64,000 nt of DNA, taken from NCBI GenBank assembly GCA_003567475.1, contig PWZL01000102.1, positions 3,132 to 67,131 on the forward strand, read 5' to 3'. The position numbers were made by a program, and so were the translations under genes. This DNA is from Gammaproteobacteria bacterium. Its GTDB lineage: Bacteria; Pseudomonadota; Gammaproteobacteria; Steroidobacterales; PWYM01. Each line of letters starts with the position of its first letter. Position 1 is the stretch's first letter. The notes beneath the pieces were generated by a model. It was not told the DNA's origin, searched no databases, and saw only the letters and a program-made list of their open reading frames with translations. Shown in pieces: positions 47,356 to 57,927 of the stretch.

Positions 47356-48138
47356 ATGTGCCTGATCGCTTTCGCCTGGCAATGCCATCCCCGTTTTCCG
47401 CTGGTCCTCGCCGCCAATCGCGACGAATTCCACTCGCGACCCACCGAGGCGGTGCACCGCTGGTCCGCACCGGCAGGTCTCGTCGCCGGACGCGACCTCG
47501 AGGCCGGCGGCACCTGGTTGGGCGCGGGTCCGGGCGGCCGGATCGCGGCACTGACCAACGTACGCGAACCGGCATCGGGTCGGTCCGCAGCCCCGCCTTC
47601 GCGCGGTGAACTGCCGGTCGCGTTTCTCGCGGACAGCCGCTCACCCGCCGCCTTCGTCCATGACCTGGCTGACACGGCGGCCACGTACCGGGGCTTCAAT
47701 CTGTTGCTGGTCACCGGCGATGCGCTGCTCCTGACATCCAATCGCGGCACAGGACCGGTGGCGCCCGGCCCGGGCATCCATGCCGTCAGCAATGCCCCGC
47801 CGGGGGTCGACTGGCCCAAGACGCGCCGGGCCCGTCAGATCCTGGGCCATGGCCTGGCGGACAATGGCGATACGCTGGAGGGCCTGATCGAGGCGGCTTT
47901 CGCACTGCTCGCCGACCCGGCGCCAGCGGACGATCGCGAGCTGCCCGAGACCGGACTGACCGCTGCGCGCGAGCGCCTGCTGTCCGCCATTTTCGTCATC
48001 GGGAGCAACTACGGGACGCGCTGTTCCACGGTCCTGGTGGTCGACCGCGAGGGCACGCTGCACTGGCATGAACGGCGGTTCGGCCCCGACGCCCGACCCG
48101 CGGGCAGCAGTCGGCTGCAACTGGCCTACGGGCGCTGA
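47356..48138 (+). CDS. NRDE-family protein (DUF833 / TANGO2-like)
   Basis: MCLIAFAW N-terminal Cys and ANRDEF motif. Confidence 0.8.
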   Translation: MCLIAFAWQCHPRFPLVLAANRDEFHSRPTEAVHRWSAPAGLVAGRDLEAGGTWLGAGPGGRIAALTNVREPASGRSAAPPSRGELPVAFLADSRSPAAFVHDLADTAATYRGFNLLLVTGDALLLTSNRGTGPVAPGPGIHAVSNAPPGVDWPKTRRARQILGHGLADNGDTLEGLIEAAFALLADPAPADDRELPETGLTAARERLLSAIFVIGSNYGTRCSTVLVVDREGTLHWHERRFGPDARPAGSSRLQLAYGR

Positions 48139-48141
48139 TCG

Positions 48142-50067
48142 ATGGCCTTGACCCACCCCATGCTGGGGCACGGCAGCTGGCCCTCCCCGATCTCGCCGGC
48201 CATGGTCGCGCGCGCAGGCCTGCGCCTCTCCGCGCCACGGGTCCAGGGCCAGCGTACGCTGTGGCTCGAGGGGCGTCCGGCTGAGCAGGGCCGCGGGGTG
48301 GTGGTGGCTGCGGAGCCCGACGGCCAACGGCGTGACCTCATCCCCTCCGGATACAGCGTGCGCAGCGCCGTCAACGAGTACGGGGGCGGCGCCTGGACCG
48401 TGCAGGGCGCGTGCCTGTGGTTCGTGAACGCAACCGACCATTCGATTTATGTCATCGACAGTGGCCCGCCTGCGCGGTTATGCGGTGGAGAGGGAGACGA
48501 TTTCGCCGACCTCGTCCCCGACCCGGTCCATGCTCGGCTGCTCGCCGTGCACGAACGCCAGGACGAGGCCGGTGTCCACCAGCGGCTGGTTGCGGTGAGC
48601 CTGGCGGGCGGCGATATGACCGTGCTCGCCAAGGGTGAGGATTTCTACTCGAATCCCTGTCCGTCGGCCGACGGCAGGCAGCTCGCCTGGCTGAGCTGGA
48701 ACAGCCCTGACATGCCGTGGGACGCGACCCGACTGTGGCTGGCCGAGGTGGATGGCGCTGGGCGTACCGGACATCCGCGAGTGGTCGCCGGCGGCGACAA
48801 TGAGTCGGTGTTTCAGCCGCAGTGGGGTCCCGATGGCCGACTCTATTTCATCAGCGATCGCGACGGCTGGTGGCAGCTCTACCGCCTCGACGGCCAGACG
48901 GTCGAGCCCGTCTACCGCCCGCGGGCCGAGCTCGGGTTGCCGCAATGGGTGTTCGGCATGTCCACCTACGGGTTCGCCGACCGGGCGAGCGTGCTGTGCT
49001 CGGTATGCCGGGACGGCTTCTGGCAGGTCGAACGGATTTACCTCGCCACCGGACGCAGTGAAGTGATCGCCGGTGACTGGGTGTCCATCGACCACCTCTC
49101 GGCGCGTCCAGGCGAGGGCGCCACCTGGCTGGCCGCCTCGCCGACCCGCGGAAACGCCGTGCTGCGCTGGCGCGATGGCACCGTCCGGGCACTTCGGCGG
49201 ACAGGCATCGACGAACTGGCTCCGGAGCACGTCTCTGCCGCGCGCCCGGTCAGCTTCCCGACCGGCGACGGCGACACCGCGCACGGCCTGTACTATCCCC
49301 CGGTCAACCCGAGCGTGACCGCGCCCGCCGGCGAGCGCCCGCCCCTGCTGGTGCGTTGCCATGGTGGCCCGACGGGCGCGGCAGACCCCGGCTTCGATGC
49401 GCGAATCCAGTTCTGGACCAGCCGCGGCTTCGCAGTCCTCGATGTGAACTACCGCGGGAGCACCGGTTTCGGCCGGGACTACCGGCGCAAACTTTACGGT
49501 CACTGGGGAGTCTCAGACACCGAGGACTGCTGCCGGGGCGCGCAGTGGCTGGCCCAGCAAGGGCTCGCCGATCCGCGGCGGCTGCTGATCTCGGGCTCGA
49601 GCGCCGGCGGTTTCACGGTACTCTGCGCCCTCACGTTCCACGAGACCTTCGCCGCCGGGGCAAGCTACTATGGGGTCGCCGACCTGGAGTCACTGTTCGC
49701 CATCACCCACCGCTTCGAGGCGGGCTATGACCGCGCACTGGTCGGCAACGGCGAGCACAGGCACGCGCTGATGCGCGCCCGCTCGCCACTGCATCACGCC
49801 AGCCGACTGCGTCGCCCGGTGATGTTCTTCCAGGGGTTGCGGGATCGCGTCGTCCCGCCTGAGCAGTCCCGTCGCATGGCCGACGCCCTGCGTGCGCAGG
49901 GCGTGCCGGTCAGCCTCATGACCTTCGCGGAGGAAGGCCACGGTTTTCGCCAGGCGGAGACGCTGTCGCGCTGCATCGCCGCCGAATACAGCTTCTATGC
50001 GCGGATTCTCGGTCTGGCCCCGGCGGATCCGCTGCCGCCGCTGGCGATCGACAACCTGCCGCGCTGA
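48142..50067 (+). CDS. S9-family serine peptidase (prolyl oligopeptidase/DPP type)
   Basis: Beta-propeller-like N-terminal half. Catalytic GSSAGG. C-terminal ...FFQGLRDRVVPP...EEGHGF. Confidence 0.85.
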   Translation: MALTHPMLGHGSWPSPISPAMVARAGLRLSAPRVQGQRTLWLEGRPAEQGRGVVVAAEPDGQRRDLIPSGYSVRSAVNEYGGGAWTVQGACLWFVNATDHSIYVIDSGPPARLCGGEGDDFADLVPDPVHARLLAVHERQDEAGVHQRLVAVSLAGGDMTVLAKGEDFYSNPCPSADGRQLAWLSWNSPDMPWDATRLWLAEVDGAGRTGHPRVVAGGDNESVFQPQWGPDGRLYFISDRDGWWQLYRLDGQTVEPVYRPRAELGLPQWVFGMSTYGFADRASVLCSVCRDGFWQVERIYLATGRSEVIAGDWVSIDHLSARPGEGATWLAASPTRGNAVLRWRDGTVRALRRTGIDELAPEHVSAARPVSFPTGDGDTAHGLYYPPVNPSVTAPAGERPPLLVRCHGGPTGAADPGFDARIQFWTSRGFAVLDVNYRGSTGFGRDYRRKLYGHWGVSDTEDCCRGAQWLAQQGLADPRRLLISGSSAGGFTVLCALTFHETFAAGASYYGVADLESLFAITHRFEAGYDRALVGNGEHRHALMRARSPLHHASRLRRPVMFFQGLRDRVVPPEQSRRMADALRAQGVPVSLMTFAEEGHGFRQAETLSRCIAAEYSFYARILGLAPADPLPPLAIDNLPR

Positions 50068-50076
50068 GTCCGTTCG

Positions 50077-51870
50077 ATGTCACCCACAGCATTCAGACCA
50101 GCCGCCGAACACGATGCCTCGCCCCTCGCGCGCCAGCGACGCCTCCCCCTGGCCCCGCTGGTGCTGCTGGCACTCGCTCTGTTCTCACTCGGTGCGGATG
50201 CCAGTATTCGGGTACAGCTGACAGGCGTGGAAGGCGAAGCCGCCGCCAACGTGCGGGCCTGGCTGGACCTTGTCCGATTCGCCGAACGCGAGGATCTGTC
50301 GGAGACCGCTGTCCGACGCCTGCACGATCGCGCCCCGCGCCAGATCCGCCAGGCGCTGCGGCCTTTCGGCTACTACGACGCCAGGGTGGTCTCACGCAGC
50401 CTCACTCGCGAAGGCAACCAGTGGATCGCGCGATTTGAGATTGCGCCAGGGGAACCGGTGCGGCTGAGCTCGGTACGCCTGGAGGTGATCGGCGAAGGGC
50501 GCGACCATCCGGGATTCAGGACACTGCTGGCTGAATCGCCGCTGGTTGAGGGCAGGCCGCTGCGCCACCCGGACTTCGATCAGCTGCGCGCCCGCCTGGA
50601 GCGAGCGGCAAACACCTACGGCTTCTTCGACCGCCGCTTCCCCGAGCGACGACTGGAAGTCGACCCTGCAGCGCTGTCGGCCAGCGCCGTGCTGGTGATG
50701 GACACCGGCCCGCGCTACCGCTTCGGCGAGGTGTCGATCGACCAGGACATCCTCAATGAGGCGCTGATCGACCGCCTGGTGTTCACCCGCGAGGGCGAGC
50801 CGTTCGACAACGAACGGCTGCTGCGAACGCAGTACGCGCTGACCGACAGCCAGTACTTCGCCAACGTGGTCGTCGAGACCGGCGAGCGGAATCAGGCGAC
50901 CCGCTCGGTTCCCGTGAACATCGAGACCGTGGCGTCGCGGCGCCAACGGATCCGGCTCGGCCTGGGTTACGGCACCGATACCCGGGCCCGCGGCAGCGTC
51001 GGCTGGGACTGGCGGCGTATCAACCGGCGCGGCCACCGTGCCAACATGCAATTGCAGCTCTCTCAGCCGCTCGCGGAGCTGACCACCCAGTACATCGTCC
51101 CTTTTGGCGATCCCTTGCGCGAGCGCCTGTCCTTTCGCAGCACCCTGGCGTCAGAAGATCTGGCGGACGTGCGCAGCCAGCGGGCAACCATTGGCGTCAA
51201 CCATCGACGCGTACTTGGCAACTGGCAGCGCAACCTGTTCGCCGATGTGGTGGATGAACGCACCCGCCTGCCCGACGGAGAACGCTTTGCCGACACCCTG
51301 GTGGTGCCGGGGATCGGCTTCGAACGCTTGATCGCTGACGATCCGCTGGTGCCGACCGAGGGCCATCGGTTGCGGGCCGAGCTGCGCGGCTCGCACGGGC
51401 TGCTGGCCGCCAAGACCGACTTTCTGCGTCTCAATGTAGGCGTGAGCCGCATCCTCTCGCCGAGCGACGACTGGCGCCTGGCGCTGCGCGCGGAGCTCGG
51501 ACTGGGGATCGTCGACGGCTTCGGTGAGCTCCCGGCATCCCAACGATTTTTCGCGGGGGGTGATCAGAGTGTGCGCGGCTACGGCTTCAACCGACTCGGT
51601 CCGACCGATGAAGAAGGCCGGAGCATAGGGGGTCGCCACCTGGTCTTCGGCAGCGTCGAGGTCCAGCGACGCATCAACGGCCCCTGGAACGTTGCCGCCT
51701 TTGTCGACAGCGGTGGCGCCCTGGACCGCCTCGATGACAGCCCGGCGGTCTCGGTCGGCCTGGGTCTGCACTACCTCACACCGATCGGCAGGATCCGCGT
51801 GGAAGTGGCCCAGTCGATCACCGAGAGCCGCTCACCCCGACTCCACATCAGCATCAGGCCGGACCTGTGA
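50077..51870 (+). CDS. tamA: Translocation and assembly module outer-membrane protein TamA (Omp85 family)
   Basis: POTRA-like N-terminus and Omp85 barrel with RFFAGGDQSVRGY. About 600 aa, directly followed by tamB. Confidence 0.85.
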   Translation: MSPTAFRPAAEHDASPLARQRRLPLAPLVLLALALFSLGADASIRVQLTGVEGEAAANVRAWLDLVRFAEREDLSETAVRRLHDRAPRQIRQALRPFGYYDARVVSRSLTREGNQWIARFEIAPGEPVRLSSVRLEVIGEGRDHPGFRTLLAESPLVEGRPLRHPDFDQLRARLERAANTYGFFDRRFPERRLEVDPAALSASAVLVMDTGPRYRFGEVSIDQDILNEALIDRLVFTREGEPFDNERLLRTQYALTDSQYFANVVVETGERNQATRSVPVNIETVASRRQRIRLGLGYGTDTRARGSVGWDWRRINRRGHRANMQLQLSQPLAELTTQYIVPFGDPLRERLSFRSTLASEDLADVRSQRATIGVNHRRVLGNWQRNLFADVVDERTRLPDGERFADTLVVPGIGFERLIADDPLVPTEGHRLRAELRGSHGLLAAKTDFLRLNVGVSRILSPSDDWRLALRAELGLGIVDGFGELPASQRFFAGGDQSVRGYGFNRLGPTDEEGRSIGGRHLVFGSVEVQRRINGPWNVAAFVDSGGALDRLDDSPAVSVGLGLHYLTPIGRIRVEVAQSITESRSPRLHISIRPDL

Positions 51871-54800
51871 TCCTCCTGCGCCGGTTACTTGTCTGGTCTC
51901 TGCCGGTGTTGCTGGTCGCTCTGAGCGCAGTGCTGGCCTGGCTGCTCAGCACCGAGGCGGGGCTGCGCTTCGCCGTGGCACGCCTCACCGCACTCGACGC
52001 GGTGCCCGTTCGAATCGAGTCCGCACAAGGGCGTCTCGCCGGGCCGCTCACGCTCGAAGGCCTGCGGGTGGAACTCGATGCCGTCGAAGTGGATATCCCC
52101 GCCCTGGCGCTGGACTGGCGACCCTGGCGGCTGCTGTATAGGCGCGAGATCCGCGTGCTGGCACTCGCCATCGAATCGCCTACGGTCACCCTGCGCGACG
52201 ACCACGATCCACCGCCGGCGCCCCTTCCTGACGAAGGTGAGGGCTGGCCGGCATCGGTTGAGCTGCCCGTGCGCGTCGAGCTCGACCAGCTGAGCGTGCG
52301 TGACGGTCGACTGTTCACGGGCGATACGCGCGTGCTCGAGGCGCTGTCGCTGGATCTCGCCGCCGGCTGGCGGGGCCAGCGGGTATCGCTGCGCGAACTG
52401 ACGCTCGAGCTGCGCAGTGGGGAGCTTTGGGCCCGGCTCGACGCCGAGGGCCGGCTTGCGACCGCGTTCGCCGACGCCCAGTCGCTGGACCTGAACTGGC
52501 AGCTTCAGCTCCCCGAGGCCACCCGGGCGCTCACGGGCACCACCCAACTGCGCGGCCCGCTCGCGGACCTGGCAGTCGAGCAGAGGTTCGACGGGCTGGT
52601 CGAAGGGCGGATGGCCGGCCAGTTCCAGGGCCTGCCGGACACCCCCGCGTGGTCACTGCAGCTGACCCTGGCACCGCTCGCCCCTGACGGGGGGCTTTGG
52701 CCGGAAACGCTGGACGGGACCCGCGCCGAACTGGTGTTGCGAGGCGAGGTGGCCCGCAGCCGGCTGCAGGGCTCGGTGGCCGTGCCGGGCTGGATCGCAG
52801 GTCCGATGGCTATCGATCTCATCGCCGGGTGGCAGGATGGGCTGGCGCGGGTCGAGACCGCACGCGTGGAGACCGCTGAAGGCGGCGTGCTGCGAGCCCG
52901 CGGCGAGGTGGCGCCTGGCGAGGCGCTTGCGGCGCGGCTGGTTCTGGAAGCCGACAATCTCGGCTGGCCGCTCGACGGCAGTCCGCGCCAGTTCGACCTC
53001 GAGCGGCTGGCCGTCGAGGCCCACGGCGCGGCTCAGGCCTACGATTTCACGCTGGCGGCGCGCGGGCATGCGGGCGAGCTGCCGTCAGTCGACCTGGCAG
53101 TGGAAGGTCGGCTGCGGGAGCGCACCCTCTGGCTCGATCGACTGGCGGCCGATGACGCAGAGGGCCAGGTGCGTCTGCGCGGCAACGCGCGGGCGCTGCT
53201 GGATGCGGATGCGCTGACCTGGACGGCGACCCTGGACGCCGCGGCGCAGCTGCCGGCGCAACCGCCGCTGACCCTCGACCTCGAAGCCCGCGGCGACGCC
53301 GGGCACGCGGAGTTCAGCCGGCTGCGGCTGTCCCTGCTGGATGGCAGCGCCGAGGGTGGCGGACGCGTGGCCTGGGCTGAAGGGGCGGATATGGATTTCA
53401 CCCTGGCCTTTCGCGAGATCGATCCCGGCAGCCACTACCCCGGCTGGTCCGGGCGGCTGGCGGCCGCGCTGGCGTTACGCGGCCAGCTCGGCGCAGACGC
53501 CGATCTGGTCGTTGAACTCACCCCCATCGAGGGCCGCCTGCGCAATCGCGATGTTGACGGCGAGGCTCGCATAGCGCTGCGCGGAGACACCTTGCGGATC
53601 GACACGCTGCGGTTGGCAGTCGGCGGCGCGCAGGTCACCGCCGGGGGTGAGCTTGGCGAGACCTTCGATCTCGGGTTCTCGCTGAATGCCGACAACCTCA
53701 ACGACCTGATGCCTGGCGCCGGCGGGCGGGTCGCACTGACCGGTCGGCTGGGGGGGTCACAGGATCTGCCCGCACTGGCGCTGGATCTCGAGGCGGCGGG
53801 CTTACGCTACGCGCAGTGGTTTCTCGGTACGCTCGCTGCAGACCTCGCGCTCGACCTTGACGACGCCAACCGTTCGACGGTGGCCATCCGGCTGACCGAA
53901 CTGCGCAGCGAGGAGACCCTCGTCGATGTCCTCAGCCTCGACGGCGCGGGGACACCGGGAAGTCATGGGGTCAATCTTGACGCCCGCCGCGGCGACTCGA
54001 GCCTGGTGCTGGAGATCGATGGCGGACTCGACCAGACCGCCGGCCAGTGGGCGGCGCGGCTGGACGACCTGACGCTGGTGCTGGCAGAAGAAATTGTCTG
54101 GGCACTCCAGACGCCCAGTGAGCTCGTGCTTGGCCGGAACGCCGGTCGGGTGGACACCACCTGTATGGACGGCACCCTTGGCCGGGTGTGTCTGGGCGGC
54201 GACTGGCGAGGCGGAGCCGCGTGGCGTGGCGAGCTCGGCGTCTCGGCACTGGACCTCGAAGGGCTCACCCGCTGGCTGGGCAACGGTCTGGTGGCCACGG
54301 GTAGGGTCGCGGGCAATATTGTCGTGGATGCCGACGAGGACGGGTTTGCCAGCCTGGGCGGCGGCCTGGCCGCGAACGATGGGGTACTGTTTCTTGCAGA
54401 ACGGCCTGATGAAGACCTGCTGGGCTGGGCCTCGGCCGCGGTATCGCTGCGCGGTGACCGCGAGGAGGCACGCGGCCGCGTGACCGTGGCACTGGCTGGC
54501 GATGACCTCGTCGAGGGCGAGTTCACCGTGGGCTGGAACGATCCGGACCTGCCGCTGCAGGCGAACCTCGCCGCGGAACTTGGGCAGCTCGCACTCGTTG
54601 CCGAGCTGCTGCCAGACCTCGCGGGGCTGGAGGGCAGCCTGTCAGCACGCATGGATATCGACGGTAGCCTGCGGGCACCGGTCGCCCGCGGCGAGCTGAG
54701 CTGGCGCGACGGGGCCGCGCAGGTCCCCGCGCTGGGGATCGCCCCGCGCGAGATCAACGCCCGGGTTGACCTGGCGCCCGATGATCTGCGCTTCGAGCTG

Positions 54801-55802
54801 AGCGCGCTGACCGGCGAGGGACGGCTTGAAAGCCAGGGTCAGTTCAGCTTCGTCGAAGGATTTGCGGGCATGGCCAGCCTGAGTGGCCGGGAACTCCTGA
54901 TGGTGGACCTGCCAGAGGCCCGGGTGCTCGCGAGCCCGGAGATCGGCCTGACCTTCCGGGACAACCATCTGCAGGTCAACGGTACGGTGGATATCCCGGT
55001 CGCACGCGTCACCGGGCTGGTTCAGGGCACCGGTGCGATCTCTGAAAGTCCGGACACGATGATCGTTGGCGAACGGGGCCGTGAGGCCGAACAGCTCACG
55101 GTCGGCTACGCCGTGCGGGTGAACGTCGGGCCGGAGGTCAGTCTCGACGTGGCCGGGTTGCGCGGGCGCGTGGAGGGCAGCCTGCTGGCGCTGCAGGGCG
55201 ACGATGGTGTGGCCACCGGACGAGGCGAGCTGCGGGTGGTGGACGGCAGCTTCGGCGCGTTCGGCCAGCGACTGACGATCGAACAGGGCCGTCTGCTGTT
55301 CACGGGCGGCGCGATCGATAACCCCGGACTCGATATCCGTGCGGTGCGGCAGGTGGACGACATCACGGCGGGCGCGCTGGTGCGCGGCACGCTGTCCGAA
55401 CCGGAGATCAGCGTGTTCTCCGATCCCCCCATGCCGCGGGCCGAGGCACTGTCCTACCTGACCATCGGCAAGAGCATCAACGAACTCGACAGCGGTGAGC
55501 AGGCCAGCCTCAACAGTGCCGCCAACTCGCTGGCCCTCTCGGGCGGCAATCTCCTGGCACGCGAGATCGGCGGGCGTCTGGGCTTCGACGAGGTCGGCGT
55601 TGCCGCCGGTGCAGAACCCGGCTCGGCATCTCTGGTGGTGGGCAAGTACCTCGGGCCGCGATTGTTCGTCAGCTACGGTGTCGGCCTGTTCGATGCGGTC
55701 AACGAACTGCGGTTACGCTACCGGCTCAGCAACCGCTGGACGCTCGAGGCCGCCTCGGGCGAGCAGTCATCGGCGGATGTGGTGTTTACCGTCGAACGCT
55801 GA
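51867..55802 (+). CDS. tamB: Translocation and assembly module protein TamB (DUF490)
   Basis: N-terminal anchor helix, about 1300 aa, C-terminal DUF490-like GKYLGPRLFVSYGVGLFDAVNELRLRYRLSNRWTLEA. GTGA overlap with the tamA stop. Confidence 0.85.
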   Translation: MILLRRLLVWSLPVLLVALSAVLAWLLSTEAGLRFAVARLTALDAVPVRIESAQGRLAGPLTLEGLRVELDAVEVDIPALALDWRPWRLLYRREIRVLALAIESPTVTLRDDHDPPPAPLPDEGEGWPASVELPVRVELDQLSVRDGRLFTGDTRVLEALSLDLAAGWRGQRVSLRELTLELRSGELWARLDAEGRLATAFADAQSLDLNWQLQLPEATRALTGTTQLRGPLADLAVEQRFDGLVEGRMAGQFQGLPDTPAWSLQLTLAPLAPDGGLWPETLDGTRAELVLRGEVARSRLQGSVAVPGWIAGPMAIDLIAGWQDGLARVETARVETAEGGVLRARGEVAPGEALAARLVLEADNLGWPLDGSPRQFDLERLAVEAHGAAQAYDFTLAARGHAGELPSVDLAVEGRLRERTLWLDRLAADDAEGQVRLRGNARALLDADALTWTATLDAAAQLPAQPPLTLDLEARGDAGHAEFSRLRLSLLDGSAEGGGRVAWAEGADMDFTLAFREIDPGSHYPGWSGRLAAALALRGQLGADADLVVELTPIEGRLRNRDVDGEARIALRGDTLRIDTLRLAVGGAQVTAGGELGETFDLGFSLNADNLNDLMPGAGGRVALTGRLGGSQDLPALALDLEAAGLRYAQWFLGTLAADLALDLDDANRSTVAIRLTELRSEETLVDVLSLDGAGTPGSHGVNLDARRGDSSLVLEIDGGLDQTAGQWAARLDDLTLVLAEEIVWALQTPSELVLGRNAGRVDTTCMDGTLGRVCLGGDWRGGAAWRGELGVSALDLEGLTRWLGNGLVATGRVAGNIVVDADEDGFASLGGGLAANDGVLFLAERPDEDLLGWASAAVSLRGDREEARGRVTVALAGDDLVEGEFTVGWNDPDLPLQANLAAELGQLALVAELLPDLAGLEGSLSARMDIDGSLRAPVARGELSWRDGAAQVPALGIAPREINARVDLAPDDLRFELSALTGEGRLESQGQFSFVEGFAGMASLSGRELLMVDLPEARVLASPEIGLTFRDNHLQVNGTVDIPVARVTGLVQGTGAISESPDTMIVGERGREAEQLTVGYAVRVNVGPEVSLDVAGLRGRVEGSLLALQGDDGVATGRGELRVVDGSFGAFGQRLTIEQGRLLFTGGAIDNPGLDIRAVRQVDDITAGALVRGTLSEPEISVFSDPPMPRAEALSYLTIGKSINELDSGEQASLNSAANSLALSGGNLLAREIGGRLGFDEVGVAAGAEPGSASLVVGKYLGPRLFVSYGVGLFDAVNELRLRYRLSNRWTLEAASGEQSSADVVFTVER

Positions 55803-55820
55803 ATCGCACCGGCGCCTTCC

Positions 55821-56315
55821 TCAATCGGCCCTTGGCCGGAACAGGAATAGCGGCTGACCCTCCGCCAGCAATTCCAGCCGGTCCTCGCGCAGCTGCCAGC
55901 CGTCGATGCGCGACAGGCCCTCCAGGTAGATCTGCTCCATCGCCATGGCCTCTGGTGGCCCGGCCATGCGGGTGCTTGCGAGCGCGCCGAAGGCCAGCTG
56001 TTGCGCACCGAGCTCGTAGGAACCCGTGAACCGGTTGACCCCGGCAAAGCCCGAGGCTTCGGCCGTCTCGGCATCCAGCGTCAGGGTCGGGCGTCTGGCC
56101 CCCGGGGGCAGCTCGAAGCCCGCGATGTGGATGATTTCCCAGGGATGCCGCTCCGGGACCTGGACCATGACCGAATCACCGACCGCAGGCAGAGACTGGA
56201 GGCCTGATGCGGGCGGCTCGGCGCCCGGGCGTGGCTCATCGGGGTCGGGCGCAGGCGAGCAGGCAGCCAGCATGAAGCTCATCAGCAGCATCAGTGCGAC
56301 AGATCGCGTGATCAC
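55821..56315 (-). CDS. META-domain lipoprotein (HslJ-like)
   Basis: Lipobox FMLAAC-S. META pattern ASGFAGVNRFTGSYELGAQQLAFGALASTRMAGPPEAMAMEQIYL. Confidence 0.7.
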   Translation of the reverse strand: MITRSVALMLLMSFMLAACSPAPDPDEPRPGAEPPASGLQSLPAVGDSVMVQVPERHPWEIIHIAGFELPPGARRPTLTLDAETAEASGFAGVNRFTGSYELGAQQLAFGALASTRMAGPPEAMAMEQIYLEGLSRIDGWQLREDRLELLAEGQPLFLFRPRAD

Positions 56316-56614
56316 GGGGCATCTCCATCTGTAGGCTGATCGGACGGGGGCTGGGCGTCGCTCACACCAAGGCGTTGCAGCGCATGCACCAGCGACACCA
56401 GGGCCAGCACCGCAATGGGCATCAGCACGCCCAGCATCCAGTGGCCGCCGAAAAGGCCGAAGGAACCGGCAAACGACAGCTCACGGGTGAGTATGACCCA
56501 GGCGAAAGCCGGGATACAGGCCAGCAGCACCAGCGCGGAGAGCCCGGCCTGATATCGCAGCGATTGCCGCGCGCGCTCGTCGACCGGCGCGTCGGGCTCG
56601 CGGGCGTCGCTCAT
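56312..56614 (-). CDS. Small hypothetical membrane protein
   Basis: Hydrophobic helices after MSDAREPDAPVDERARQS. GTGA-coupled to the META gene. Start chosen so as not to overlap the esterase gene. Confidence 0.4.
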   Translation of the reverse strand: MSDAREPDAPVDERARQSLRYQAGLSALVLLACIPAFAWVILTRELSFAGSFGLFGGHWMLGVLMPIAVLALVSLVHALQRLGVSDAQPPSDQPTDGDAP

Positions 56615-56621
56615 CGCCCCC

Positions 56622-57287
56622 TCAGCCCAGCACCCGGGCCAGCCAGTTGGCGATGGCGCGGACTTCTTCCAGGCACACCTGATGTCCCATCGGATAAGCC
56701 CGCCACTCGACGGCGTAGCCAAGCTGCTGGAGCAGGTCGCGCGAGTGTTCACCGAGCGACACATGCAGGACCGGGTCGGCCGACCCGTGGGCCATGAAGA
56801 CCGGCACGGCGGTGCTTCCGGACGCCCGTTCGTGCTGAAACGCCTGCTCCAGCGGCAGGTAGGTCGACAGTGCCATCACACCCGCCAGCGGCTCTCGCCG
56901 CCGCAGCCCGGCATACAGGGCGATCGCACCGCCCTGCGAGAAGCCGGCGAGCACGATCCGCTCAGCCGCGATCCCCCGAGCGATCTCGCGCGCGATCAGT
57001 GCCTCGACCTGGTCGGCACTCTGGCGAATGCCCACCTCGTCCTGCAGCGCGCGCCGGTCCAGCCCGGTGATGTCGTACCAGGCGCGCATGCGGTAACCCT
57101 GGTTCAGGGAGACCGGGCGTTCCGGCGCGTGCGGAAACACAAACCGCACCGCAAGCTGGAGACCGAGCTCGGGCACAATCGGCTCGAAATCGTGGCCGTC
57201 GGCACCCAGGCCATGCAGCCAGATCACCGCGCGCTCCGGCGACGGCCCGGTCTCGACCTCGACGGTCGGCAGCACTTCCGTGTCACT
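56622..57287 (-). CDS. Carboxylesterase/phospholipase-family alpha/beta hydrolase
   Basis: VIWLHGLGADGHDFEPI, nucleophile elbow GFSQGGAIAL, HGSADPVL, catalytic-His region YPMGHQV. Confidence 0.85.
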   Translation of the reverse strand, partial: SDTEVLPTVEVETGPSPERAVIWLHGLGADGHDFEPIVPELGLQLAVRFVFPHAPERPVSLNQGYRMRAWYDITGLDRRALQDEVGIRQSADQVEALIAREIARGIAAERIVLAGFSQGGAIALYAGLRRREPLAGVMALSTYLPLEQAFQHERASGSTAVPVFMAHGSADPVLHVSLGEHSRDLLQQLGYAVEWRAYPMGHQVCLEEVRAIANWLARVLG

Positions 57288-57373
57288 CATGTCCTGATCT
57301 CCTTGCTGACCGACGGGCTGACGCACATCGCAACCCGACGCGGCCGATGAGGCCGCGAGCGCAGCGATATTAA

Positions 57374-57430
57374 CGTGAATCAGGATTGCATACTCATGCG
57401 CATCAGTTTATTCTTATGCGCAATTATAGA
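57374..57430. promoter_or_regulatory. ARG-box-like operator repeats upstream of argR
   Basis: AT-rich. TGAAT-CAGG-ATTGCA (57376-57390). Two related 14-mers, TGCATACTCATGCG (57387-57400) and TTTATTCTTATGCG (57407-57420), lie exactly 20 bp apart. Confidence 0.35.
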
Positions 57431-57442
57431 GACTCTGCACCC

Positions 57443-57907
57443 ATGCCAGCCCAAGCCGAACACCAGGCCCGCCGCCGCGAGGCCATCGCCGCAATCATTG
57501 CCTCTCAGGCCGTCACCCGGCAGGCCGAACTCGTCGCTCTGTTGCAGGCCGCCGGAATCGAAGCGACGCAGTCCAGCGTCAGCCGGGATCTGCGTGACAT
57601 GGGCGTCATCAAGCAGAAAACCGGTTACGCCCTGCCACAGGCGAGCGCCGCGGCCGAAGCGGATTTCGATTCGGTGGCCGGTTTCGTGCGCGCGCTGCGC
57701 CCGGCGGGGCCGAACCTCACCATCGTGATCACGGCGGTGGGCGCCGCGCAGCGCGTGGCCCTGTCGCTCGATCGCAGCGGCTGGCCGGAGATCGCCGGCA
57801 CGCTTTCCGGCGACGACACGATCTTCGTGGCGACCGCCGACCGTGCCCGACAGAAACTGCTGCTGGCACGGCTCAACGCCGTGTTCGGCATTCGCCCCTC
57901 ACCCTGA
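57443..57907 (+). CDS. argR: Arginine repressor
   Basis: RREAIAAIIASQAVTRQAELVALLQAAGIEATQSSVSRDLRDMGVIK winged helix. C-terminal GTLSGDDTIFV oligomerisation/arginine-binding motif. Confidence 0.85.
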   Translation: MPAQAEHQARRREAIAAIIASQAVTRQAELVALLQAAGIEATQSSVSRDLRDMGVIKQKTGYALPQASAAAEADFDSVAGFVRALRPAGPNLTIVITAVGAAQRVALSLDRSGWPEIAGTLSGDDTIFVATADRARQKLLLARLNAVFGIRPSP

Positions 57908-57927
57908 CCTCGAAGGATTTGCGTTTC

